Shown one piece after another: positions 1 through 7,768 of a stretch of DNA of 11,084 bases. Within the stretch, counting starts at the first letter, position 1; every line of letters begins with the position of its first letter. Made by a program: the position numbers and the translations under genes. Origin of the DNA: Pseudobacteriovorax sp. GTDB lineage: Bacteria; Bdellovibrionota_B; Oligoflexia; Oligoflexales; Oligoflexaceae. The notes under the pieces are model-generated. The model was given only the letters and a program-made list of their open reading frames with translations, searched no databases and was not told the DNA's origin. The stretch spans positions 1 to 11,084 of the forward strand of contig JBNKNM010000184.1 in NCBI GenBank assembly GCA_050293845.1, read 5' to 3'.

Positions 1-1
1 C

Positions 2-1780
2 AAACAAGAGTTCCATGGAGCGCTATTCTTTGACTATTCTATGAATACTAAGTGGAACCTGTCAGGTTTTCTTAATGGTCATCAAAGTAACAATTATGTG
101 GTCCAAGGACACTATCTTAGCAGTATTACTGACCCTTATAGCAACAGGCCTGTAACTTTAACGGCAGACAAGGCTCGCGATTTAGGTATGGAAATTGGTG
201 ATGAATATAATTTCGTGCAACTATATTCAAAGAGCTTTGAAACTCCGGATAGGAAGTCGCGAACTATCAATAAGACCCTCGGTGGCACCAGTGTGCTGGA
301 AGGTGAATTTGGTAGCTGGAACGTACAGTTTGGAGCATCTTATTTCAATTCTCAAGGCTCTCGCCGGGGGGTGAACTATATTAACTCTATGAAGCTACAC
401 AATATAGTTGGTGATGTAAATCCCCTGTGGATAGCTATTGATCCCAATCGCGATAATAGTTTGTTGTATGATGTTTTCAGCAATTTAGAGTCAAGAGAGG
501 ATAATACTCATCAATCATTTGAGGCATTTGTTGGTAGTGAATTACTGAATCTTGGTGGAGGGCAGCTATCAGCAGGAATTGGCGCTTCTCATAGCGCAGA
601 GACCTATGAACAATCGAATGATCCCAATGATGTGTTTCTTGATGAACAAAGTAGACCGCTTTACACAGGCTCTTTCTCATCCTTTGGTAATGGGCGACGG
701 GACGTCAATGCGTTGTATGGTGAATTTAGAGCTCCATTCACGGGGAACTTCGATGTAGATGGCGCTGTGCGCATGGATTCTTATAGCGACTTTGGTGATT
801 CTGTGAATTACGGTTTAGGAACTAAAATACAATTTATCCCAGGAGTCGCTTTACGAGGTAAAGTTGCCACCAGCTATAAAGCTCCTCCTCTAAGCTATAT
901 CCATCGTCAGGGAACCAGTGGTTACTTTACTATCAGGGATGAGGTTAATTGTCAGAGAGAAATCGATGCAAATCGCACTTGTGATCCTAGTTCGCCAACT
1001 CGTCAATTGCTGGTGGGAGATTCTGGAAATAAAGATCTAGAGCCAGAAACAGGCCTTAGTCAGACGTTGGGATTAGTCATAGAGCCATTTGCCGGAATCA
1101 ATTTTCTTGCTGATTTTTATGCTATTGATTTAAAGAACACCTATGAACAAGATGATCTTCAAGATATAGCTGATGGCTGGTACCGAGATAATCCCGGAAG
1201 CACAAGTGGAGGGACATATTTGGAAAATACTGTGGCTGTTGATGGGGACGGTGTTATCACCCGCGTTGATCAGCCTTATAGAAACTTAGGTAAAACGCGG
1301 GTGCGTGCTGCAAGTCTACAAGCTAATCTCAGCGATAATATAGGAGCGTTGAGATTGGGTTTAAGCTCGCGATACTTTAGGATGCTGTCCTTTAAGGTTC
1401 AAGAAACTACAGACTTACCTCAAAGGGAGCAAATAGGGTATCGTGGTTATCCTGCGTGGCGCGCTAACAATCGCATCAGCTTTAAATATTTAGGACATGC
1501 TGTAAACCTTGCTTCCAATACTATTGCCGGGCAAACTCAAGATCCCGATACGGCTACGAATGCTAACCTTGGTGTTCATATTGATCAATATACGGAATTT
1601 GATCTGAACTATGCTTGGGAGACTCCTTGGGATAGCCGTCTTACGTTAGGCGTCAATAACCTTCTCAACACAATTGGTGGTATTTATAACGGTACCTTTA
1701 ACCAATCTGAGTCTGTGGATACTTTTTTATATAGTTATAATGGAAGAACATTTTTTGCCCGTTTAACACAAAGGTTCTAG
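2..1780 (+). CDS. TonB-dependent outer-membrane receptor, C-terminal beta-barrel portion (5'-truncated by window edge)
   Basis: The frame is open from position 2 (KQEFHGALFFDYS-M41), so ATG41 is probably internal. It has alternating beta-strand patterns and TBDR barrel motifs: 'AVRMDSYSDFG', 'LRGKVATSYKAPPL', 'GNKDLEPETG', 'LTLGVNNLLN', and a C-terminal 'GRTFFARLTQRF' ending in Phe (BAM signal). The Cys pair CQREIDANRTC probably lies in an extracellular loop. The substrate cannot be determined. Confidence 0.93.
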   Translation, partial: KQEFHGALFFDYSMNTKWNLSGFLNGHQSNNYVVQGHYLSSITDPYSNRPVTLTADKARDLGMEIGDEYNFVQLYSKSFETPDRKSRTINKTLGGTSVLEGEFGSWNVQFGASYFNSQGSRRGVNYINSMKLHNIVGDVNPLWIAIDPNRDNSLLYDVFSNLESREDNTHQSFEAFVGSELLNLGGGQLSAGIGASHSAETYEQSNDPNDVFLDEQSRPLYTGSFSSFGNGRRDVNALYGEFRAPFTGNFDVDGAVRMDSYSDFGDSVNYGLGTKIQFIPGVALRGKVATSYKAPPLSYIHRQGTSGYFTIRDEVNCQREIDANRTCDPSSPTRQLLVGDSGNKDLEPETGLSQTLGLVIEPFAGINFLADFYAIDLKNTYEQDDLQDIADGWYRDNPGSTSGGTYLENTVAVDGDGVITRVDQPYRNLGKTRVRAASLQANLSDNIGALRLGLSSRYFRMLSFKVQETTDLPQREQIGYRGYPAWRANNRISFKYLGHAVNLASNTIAGQTQDPDTATNANLGVHIDQYTEFDLNYAWETPWDSRLTLGVNNLLNTIGGIYNGTFNQSESVDTFLYSYNGRTFFARLTQRF

Positions 1781-1794
1781 TAAACCTAGTACTT

Positions 1795-1832
1795 GACTAT
1801 ATGTCTTCTCCCAAAGGGGAAGACATATAGTC
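1795..1832. terminator. Strong hairpin between convergent genes (probable terminator or mRNA 3' stabiliser)
   Basis: Perfect 14-bp inverted repeat GACTATATGTCTTC (1795-1808) / GAAGACATATAGTC (1819-1832) with a TCCCAAAGGG loop, where CCC/GGG can extend the stem. It lies between the TBDR stop (1780) and the modC stop (1844). No classic downstream U-tract is present on either strand. Confidence 0.7.
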
Positions 1833-1843
1833 GTAAAAAAGCG

Positions 1844-2881
1844 CTAAACTAAGGAAATAGATTTAATCCCTCCATAAACATAGGACCCTATTTCCAACCC
1901 TAACGACATCCTCGACTTTTGGGTAATGATTGCTTTTAGGGAGTAATGTTCGTTTTGTAACTTAATTAAAACCCGTCCTTGACTAAAGTTATCTATTTTG
2001 ACTATTTTTCCTGGTAGAAAATTAGAGATGCTGGAATTTGTAGGAGGATGCAGATGAATCGAGACGTCTTCAGCACGAAAAAAGATCAGTATTTCGGGTT
2101 CATGACTCTGAGTTGTTATAAATAATGGGACCTCACCAACCTTATAGCAAGCTAGTGCAAACTCTTTTTCGTAGCTTAAAAATGAAGCTCGCAGGATATT
2201 TTCTTGACGTTCCGTGGAGAGGGAATTCTTAGATGAGTGATGACAATGAATGTCAGTCTGGCCTCTCTCGATGAGTATAACTTTCTCGGTGAGTCGGCAT
2301 ATTTCATCCCAAGAGTGGGTCACATATAAAACCGGGGCACCATTTAATCCATGTATTTGTCGAATAGCTTCGGAAACCTCTATTTTACTACGCTTATCGA
2401 GAGCGCTTAGTGGCTCGTCCATCAACCACATTTGAGGCTGTGTGAGCGCTGCCCGGCCCAGTGCCAGTCGTTGCTTCTCACCTCCGGAAAGCTGCGCTGT
2501 CTTGCGAGAAAAAAGGGGACTAAGACCTAGTAATTCCACAATTCGTTTGACATATTCTTCAGAGATATTTTTGGGGGCTGCAAAATGAAAGTTTTGCTTA
2601 GGGTTTAGATGAGGAAATAGATAAGGGGTTTGACTTAAGTATGCGATGTTGCGCTTATAAGGAGGAACAAAGATCTTATTTCGCTTTTGCCAATAGTTTT
2701 GATCTAATGCAATGGTAGCTTCAGTATTTTTATGAAGTCCGATAATAGTTCTGAGTAAGGTGGTTTTCCCAGCTCCTGATGGACCAAAGACCCCCAGTAT
2801 ATGATTAACTTCCTGATTAAAATGAAAAGAAAGGTGAAAGTCTTTGAGAGGGATGGACAGATCACACAATAATCTAGGCAA
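1844..2881 (-). CDS. modC: Molybdate ABC transporter ATP-binding protein
   Basis: Walker A GPSGAGKTT, Q-loop SQTPYLFPHL, signature LSGGEKQR, Walker B WLMDEPLSALD, H-loop YVTH. The C-terminal TOBE/Mop-like domain reads SSISNFLPGKI...AIITQKSRMSLGLEIG..VYGGIKSISL. The TTG start overlaps the modB stop by 8 nt. Confidence 0.92.
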   Translation of the reverse strand: MPRLLCDLSIPLKDFHLSFHFNQEVNHILGVFGPSGAGKTTLLRTIIGLHKNTEATIALDQNYWQKRNKIFVPPYKRNIAYLSQTPYLFPHLNPKQNFHFAAPKNISEEYVKRIVELLGLSPLFSRKTAQLSGGEKQRLALGRAALTQPQMWLMDEPLSALDKRSKIEVSEAIRQIHGLNGAPVLYVTHSWDEICRLTEKVILIERGQTDIHCHHSSKNSLSTERQENILRASFLSYEKEFALACYKVGEVPLFITTQSHEPEILIFFRAEDVSIHLHPPTNSSISNFLPGKIVKIDNFSQGRVLIKLQNEHYSLKAIITQKSRMSLGLEIGSYVYGGIKSISLV

Positions 2882-3530
2882 TGGGACTATCCTTTTTGTT
2901 TAGGAAACCAAAAATGCAAAGAACTGAAAATGCAATTATTAATAAAGCTACAGATAAACAGTGGGCTTCAGAAAATTCTAGGGCTTCCACATGATCGAAA
3001 ATAGCAATTGACGCTACTCTTGTTTCTCCAGGAATATTCCCGCCTATCATCAATATAACCCCAAACTCCCCTAACGTGTGTGCGAAACCTAAAATAACAC
3101 CTGTTATGATACCTTTTGTTGCCATAGGCAAAATGACCCGAAAAAAGCGTGAACAGTAGCCAAGACCTAAACTGGCTGCTGTTTCGATCGCTGCTAAAGG
3201 TGTGCTTTGATAGGCTTGGAGAATGGGTTGTAGAGTAAAGGGGAGCGAGTAAATTATAGAACCGAAAACGAGTCCCTGAAACGTAAATGGCTTAATAGGT
3301 AGTATGCTTCCGATTGTATGGTCTGGATTGAGAAAGACTAGTAAGTAAAAGCCTAACACTGATGGTGGTAAAACGATCGGTAGTGAGAAAAAAGATGTGA
3401 GGGGAAAGCTGATCCAGCGAGGGCTTGCATATAACAACAACGCGAGCGGTATCGAAATTAATAATAAGAAAAAAGTTGTTACCGCGGCTAGTTTAAAAGA
3501 CAATAACAGAGGTTGATATATTTCAATCAT
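2874..3530 (-). CDS. modB: Molybdate ABC transporter permease
   Basis: Hydrophobic protein with ModB motifs 'LPIVLPPSVLGFYLL', 'YSLPF', the EAA-like loop 'ETAASLG' and 'FAHTLGEFGVILMIGGNIPGETRVASIAIFDHVE'. I place the start at ATG 3530 (MIEIYQPLLLS), overlapping the modA stop by 8 nt, rather than at 3554 as in the ORF track. Confidence 0.95.
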   Translation of the reverse strand: MIEIYQPLLLSFKLAAVTTFFLLLISIPLALLLYASPRWISFPLTSFFSLPIVLPPSVLGFYLLVFLNPDHTIGSILPIKPFTFQGLVFGSIIYSLPFTLQPILQAYQSTPLAAIETAASLGLGYCSRFFRVILPMATKGIITGVILGFAHTLGEFGVILMIGGNIPGETRVASIAIFDHVEALEFSEAHCLSVALLIIAFSVLCIFGFLNKKDSPIA

Positions 3531-4278
3531 AAGCGATACCCTGGATGAAACCATTTTGGGAAATAATTTTTTGGCTTTCTACTTGCATTAAGTAATTTAT
3601 AAATTCACTAGCTAGCTTTTCATGGGAAGTGTTCCTTAGCTTAACCCCAGACATGGCAATGGTAGGATAATATTTTGGGGGTATTACTATATAATTGGTG
3701 ATATCAAAAGAGCTGGTTTTCAAATGGGATAAACTTACAAATCCTGCAAGATCTGGTCGTTGCGATATATATAAAAAAGTTTGCGCTGCATTCGCACCGA
3801 AAAGAACTTTTTTTGATAGTTTGGCAAAGTTGTGATCTAAAATGTATTGAGCAGCAATCCCAAATGGCGCATGCTTGGGGTTTGGCATGGCAATGGTTTG
3901 TGAAGCTAAGGTATTTTTGATATTCTCATGCCATGATTTCCCTTTTGGTCGCTTTTTTCCAAACCAAAATGACAGTTGGCCTTTAGCATAGATAAAACTT
4001 TCGCCATGAGCCTTGCCGTGTTTGATAAGAAGTCTAGGATGCTTTTGGTCGGCAGCTAAGAAAATATCGTAGGGTGCTGCATTCATAATTTGCGAAAACA
4101 ATTTCCCGGTTGAACCGGGAATAACCTTCACTGCCTGAAAATTCGGAGAAGAAGCTTTCTCAAGAACTTTTTTAAGGACCGGAGCAAAGCTACTTGCACA
4201 TGCGACTTTTAGAGTCGATGGGTACAGCTGCTGGCTTGCAATGAAAAAGGATAACAGTAATGCTATACTTCTGGTCAT
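3523..4278 (-). CDS. modA: Molybdate ABC transporter periplasmic substrate-binding protein
   Basis: Signal-peptide-like N-terminus MTRSIALLLSFFIASQQ, followed by ModA motifs 'VACASSF', 'GSTGKLFSQIMNAAPYDIFLAAD', 'YAKGQL' and 'IAMPNPKHAPFGIAA'. It lies directly upstream of modB. ATG 4278 is the preferred start; the frame is open further upstream to 4335. Confidence 0.93.
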   Translation of the reverse strand: MTRSIALLLSFFIASQQLYPSTLKVACASSFAPVLKKVLEKASSPNFQAVKVIPGSTGKLFSQIMNAAPYDIFLAADQKHPRLLIKHGKAHGESFIYAKGQLSFWFGKKRPKGKSWHENIKNTLASQTIAMPNPKHAPFGIAAQYILDHNFAKLSKKVLFGANAAQTFLYISQRPDLAGFVSLSHLKTSSFDITNYIVIPPKYYPTIAMSGVKLRNTSHEKLASEFINYLMQVESQKIISQNGFIQGIAYD

Positions 4279-4402
4279 GAGAAAACTTTCTGACTTGTTT
4301 CTGAAGCATAGCATTTTTAACAGATTTGGAAACAACAGCCAATTTTATTTGTATGAAGGCTGTAAGGGCATTATTACGTAAAAAAAGCCATTACAGCTTT
4401 TT

Positions 4403-5788
4403 CTACTTGTCTAATACATCCGCAGATTTTCCGCGGCTGGAAGCCCAAGATTTAGGAGTAAAAGTGGCTGTGGAGAGAGGAGGTAAGCTATTATGCTCCA
4501 TATTGTTAGCCCGAGCCTCTAGCAATCCCACTAATCGGCTCCTATCGCGGTTAATAGATATGATAACGCCTATGAAGATAAGACCGCAGAGTATCCATAG
4601 CCCAATGGCAAAATTAGCCATTGTGTAATAGCTTCCTGATAGGGCTAGTACTAAACCTCCCAAGGCAGGGCCAGCACCTTTACCAATATTATCTGCAAGG
4701 TTATACAAGGCGAATACGCTTCCTCGATGCTCTGGAGGATTGACATTCATGAGCATTGCTTTGGTATTCGAGGAGGGAACGGCTATGAGCATGCCTGCCA
4801 ACCCTGCTAAGATAAAGTAGTTTTCAATGGCTCCAAGGTCTAAGTTAAAGATGAGAACACATGCGGGTATGCCGGAAAAAATTCCTATAGTACACAGTAA
4901 TGGTAAATACCGAGGGTTTTTGCTGAACAAGCGATCCCCCAGCAGAGCCCACAGCAGGCCACCAATGCCAGCTGCTAAGCCGAAAATTTCCCAGATGAAG
5001 GTAGCATTATCCTGAGACATGCTTTGGATCTCAGTAAAAATCATAATCAACCAAAATGGAAATAAGCCCCATGGAATTGATCCTGGTATACCCTGCAAGA
5101 ACAAGAATAGATTAGTTCGATTCTTGAGTATGACCTTAAAATCTTTCCATTGCAGTTTATAATTATACTCAGCCCCTTCTTCCAGTGCATGTTTTACGGA
5201 AGATTCGGTACGTCCTCTTTGGGGATCTTTGGCAACGAGAGCGAACAATAGGACTATGGGGAAGCTTGGCAAGGCGGCAAGTACAAATGCTAAGCGCCAG
5301 CCATATTCAGTTGTCAGGGCATAGTTTGCGAGCAGCGGTCCCGCTGCCATTCCTAAGCCCCAGGCTAGGTCGACAAAAGCGCTAGCTGTTGCTCGGTGCT
5401 TAGCATCAAAATAATCTCCGAGAAGGGAAAACGTTAAAGGATAAATTCCCCCCACTCCAATGCCCGTTAACATGCGCATGATTACAAAGCCGGTAAAACT
5501 TTCAGTAAAAAATGGAATGCCAGTGAAAAGACAAGGGAGTTCTCCGATCAAGACGGAAAGGACCAACAGTTTTTTTCGTGAACCTCTATCAGTTTGGTAG
5601 CCAAAAAATATGCTTACGGCAGCTCCGACCAAGATAAATGCCGATCCGACACCACTGAGGTAGATCTCGCTAACTTGATACTCAGCTTGTAGGGTTGTTA
5701 TGAGGGCCGGAGTAATAAACATGTCGCACATAAGGAAAAACGACATAGCTACTAATAATGAAAGGGTTATTTTGTCACGAAAGCTCAT
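4403..5788 (-). CDS. Major facilitator superfamily transporter (about 12 TM; Spinster-like subgroup by recalled motifs)
   Basis: Motif A-like 'GYQTDRGSRKK', 'MRMLTGIGVGG', 'SLLGDYF...HRATA', 'YGWRLAF', a second repeat 'LGDRLFSK' and 'VNPPEHRGSVFAL'. Many hydrophobic segments. The ATG overlaps the GH1 stop (ATGA). Confidence 0.92.
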   Translation of the reverse strand: MSFRDKITLSLLVAMSFFLMCDMFITPALITTLQAEYQVSEIYLSGVGSAFILVGAAVSIFFGYQTDRGSRKKLLVLSVLIGELPCLFTGIPFFTESFTGFVIMRMLTGIGVGGIYPLTFSLLGDYFDAKHRATASAFVDLAWGLGMAAGPLLANYALTTEYGWRLAFVLAALPSFPIVLLFALVAKDPQRGRTESSVKHALEEGAEYNYKLQWKDFKVILKNRTNLFLFLQGIPGSIPWGLFPFWLIMIFTEIQSMSQDNATFIWEIFGLAAGIGGLLWALLGDRLFSKNPRYLPLLCTIGIFSGIPACVLIFNLDLGAIENYFILAGLAGMLIAVPSSNTKAMLMNVNPPEHRGSVFALYNLADNIGKGAGPALGGLVLALSGSYYTMANFAIGLWILCGLIFIGVIISINRDRSRLVGLLEARANNMEHNSLPPLSTATFTPKSWASSRGKSADVLDK

Positions 5789-7203
5789 TGCTTAAAACTC
5801 CGTTGCTGGGTTGTGGGCGCCTCCTGTCCCTTTTTTAGTTGTTGTATGAGTGATGCATACCAGTGGCCGCTTTCCTTGATAATGCGGTTTTGGTTTTGAT
5901 AGTCTACATAGACTAGTCCGAACCTTTTGTTATAGCCTGCCGCCCATTCAAAGTTATCAAGAAGAGACCAAACAAAGTACCCTTTCACCTGGGAGCCAGA
6001 CTTCTTAGCATTGGCAACCTCTTGAAGGTAGTCTTTTAAGTAATCGATGCGCTTGTTATCGCTGATTTTGCCTGCTTTAACTGTGTCATCGAATGCGGCT
6101 CCATTTTCAGTAATAAACACCGAAGGATTACCATAGTCTTCTCTTAGCCAGCGCAATACTTCAGCCATTCCCGGAGGGTAAACCTCCCATCCCATGGAAG
6201 TATAACGGCGACCATTGCGTTCTGACTCAGAAGAAGCAACTTTCGTACCACTAAACCAGCTTTTGAGAAAAGGAATGTACCAGCGGTAACTGGCATATTC
6301 GCAGTTATAGTGATTGATACCAACGAAGTCCGTTTTTTGCCCGATGAGATCCATGTCACCAGGCTCAACTTTTGGCCAAAACCATCGTAGTTGTTTCTGT
6401 ATCAGGTCCGGATAGCTTTTTTTATAAAGGGGGTCCAGGGCGATATAGGAAAGGAGCTGGTTACCTAGTTTTGCTGCCCACTGGTCTTTATTAGAATTCG
6501 TAGCAGGACGGATAGGAGTAAGACTTAGTGTAATCCCTGCCTTAGCTTTAGGAGAAAAATGACGAATCCTCTCCATAGCAGCACCGTGACCCATCAATTG
6601 GTGGTGCATCACTTTTAGAAAGTCGCCCAGACTATGGTGGCCTGGTGCATGACTGCCAATGAAATGACCGAGAGCAGCATGTTCGAAAGGTTCGTTGATA
6701 GTAATCCAATCTTTTACCTGGTCTCCTAGGTTTTTGACGACTACCTCCACATAGTCAGCAAATATCTTACTGACATCACGATGGCGGAACCCTCCTTTGG
6801 AATGGTATAAAGCTGCAGGCATATCCCAATGAAATAGGGTAACAAATGGCCGAATCCCGGCTTCAAGGAGATTATCGATCAACTTTTTGTAGAAGTCCAA
6901 ACCAGCTTGATTTATGCTGCCTTCCCCTTGGGGCAGAATGCGTGGCCAGGAAATAGAAAAACGATAGGCATCCAAATTAAGCTGCTGCATGATCTTAATG
7001 TCACTTGGGTATCGGTGGTAATGATCGCATGCAATCTCACCGGTATGCCCCCCAGCTATTTTACCTTTTTTTTGGGTGAACTCGTCCCATATTGAAGCTC
7101 CGCGACCATCTACTTTTGTCGCTCCTTCGATCTGATAGGCTGAGGTCGAAGCTCCAAAAATAAAGTCTTTTGATAGCATTTTCTGTAATTGATCTAAATT
7201 CAT
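5785..7203 (-). CDS. Glycoside hydrolase family 1 beta-glucosidase/beta-glycosidase, cytoplasmic
   Basis: GH1 motifs FGASTSAYQIEGA, DHYHRY, YRFSISWPRILP, TLFHWDMP, acid/base TINEP, nucleophile ITENG and WSLLDNFEWAAGYNKRFGLVYVDY. No signal peptide. ATG 7203 (MNLDQLQKMLSKDF) is preferred over TTG 7224. Confidence 0.96.
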   Translation of the reverse strand: MNLDQLQKMLSKDFIFGASTSAYQIEGATKVDGRGASIWDEFTQKKGKIAGGHTGEIACDHYHRYPSDIKIMQQLNLDAYRFSISWPRILPQGEGSINQAGLDFYKKLIDNLLEAGIRPFVTLFHWDMPAALYHSKGGFRHRDVSKIFADYVEVVVKNLGDQVKDWITINEPFEHAALGHFIGSHAPGHHSLGDFLKVMHHQLMGHGAAMERIRHFSPKAKAGITLSLTPIRPATNSNKDQWAAKLGNQLLSYIALDPLYKKSYPDLIQKQLRWFWPKVEPGDMDLIGQKTDFVGINHYNCEYASYRWYIPFLKSWFSGTKVASSESERNGRRYTSMGWEVYPPGMAEVLRWLREDYGNPSVFITENGAAFDDTVKAGKISDNKRIDYLKDYLQEVANAKKSGSQVKGYFVWSLLDNFEWAAGYNKRFGLVYVDYQNQNRIIKESGHWYASLIQQLKKGQEAPTTQQRSFKQ

Positions 7204-7293
7204 AAAGGTTTTCACCAAATCCAAAGCCGGAAGCTTATATTTTATGAGCGTTTTTTGCTAACGAACGGGTCTATCCTAGGTTGCTGTCAGCGT

Positions 7294-7322
7294 AGAATGC
7301 ATGCTGGGCCTTGGTTTGTAAA
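7294..7322 (-). promoter_or_regulatory. Candidate sigma70-type promoter for the GH1-MFS(-mod) cluster
   Basis: The minus strand reads TTTACA-N17-CATTCT about 90 nt upstream of the GH1 ATG. TTACAAA is repeated 12 nt further upstream (plus-strand TTTGTAA at 7315-7321 and 7327-7333). This is a pattern match only. Confidence 0.3.
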
Positions 7323-7659
7323 GATATTTGTAATAACTGGTGAAAATATTTAACAAAAATACCTATTACTATATAGGCTTAAGCTTAGAAGCGTTCTTCG
7401 CAAGTGAAAATTCCAGCCCTAGATCTAACTCTTTTGTATTAAACTGCTGCTTCTGACTTATATCGTTTTAATAAGTTTTATAGGTACATCAAGAAAAGAT
7501 ATGGGAATGACCTGGTGCAATTCAGTTAGTGAGGAAGCATATTTCCCTCACAAATTTCAAAATTAAGTAAGACCTCAGGAGAAGGGGAGCAATATGATAT
7601 CTATCGGTGGAATACTTGAACCTCCCCAAAATAACAGCAAAAATTAATTCTCTGCAGAA

Positions 7660-7678
7660 AAATATGAATTTCATATTT
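7660..7678. promoter_or_regulatory. Perfect 9-1-9 palindrome, candidate transcription-factor operator
   Basis: AAATATGAA-T-TTCATATTT lies about 90 nt upstream of the lipoprotein ATG, in the divergent intergenic region. Confidence 0.45.
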
Positions 7679-7768
7679 GCGTTAATATTTTCGGTTTTGT
7701 ATACATTCAGATACGGCAACTTCTCTTGTGGTGTGGGGAGGAAAGAAATATTTAAGAGAGGATAAGGA

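Noticed and set aside
477..758. ORFs 477-680 (-) and 552-758 (+)
   Set aside because: Shadow or alternate frames inside the TonB-dependent receptor, with no motifs.
2..1780. TonB receptor as a molybdate/molybdophore or glycoside uptake partner of the neighbouring genes
   Set aside because: It is convergent and separately transcribed, and the plug domain is outside the window; adjacency alone is not evidence.
1795..1832. TATAT/ATATA arms as a ModE box
   Set aside because: It lies at the 3' end of modABC rather than its promoter, and the spacing does not fit a ModE operator.
2250..2435. 61-aa + strand ORF
   Set aside because: Antisense shadow of modC.
4326..5385. + strand ORFs 4326-4628, 4827-5015 and 5185-5385
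   Set aside because: Antisense shadows of the MFS gene, with no recognisable features.
6144..7095. ORFs 6144-6368 (-) and 6907-7095 (+)
   Set aside because: Nested in the GH1 gene in alternate or antisense frames.
7362..7377. Similarity of minus-strand CCTATATAGTAATAGG to CCTATATTAGTAATGG at 10428-10443
   Set aside because: Short, gapped, AT-rich match with unrelated flanks; consistent with chance.
7593..7646. Tiny ORF MISIGGILEPPQNNSKN after an AGGGGAG SD-like sequence, considered as a signalling peptide for the HTH-TPR regulator
   Set aside because: Only 17 codons, no signal-peptide character and more than 1 kb from the regulator; cannot be supported.
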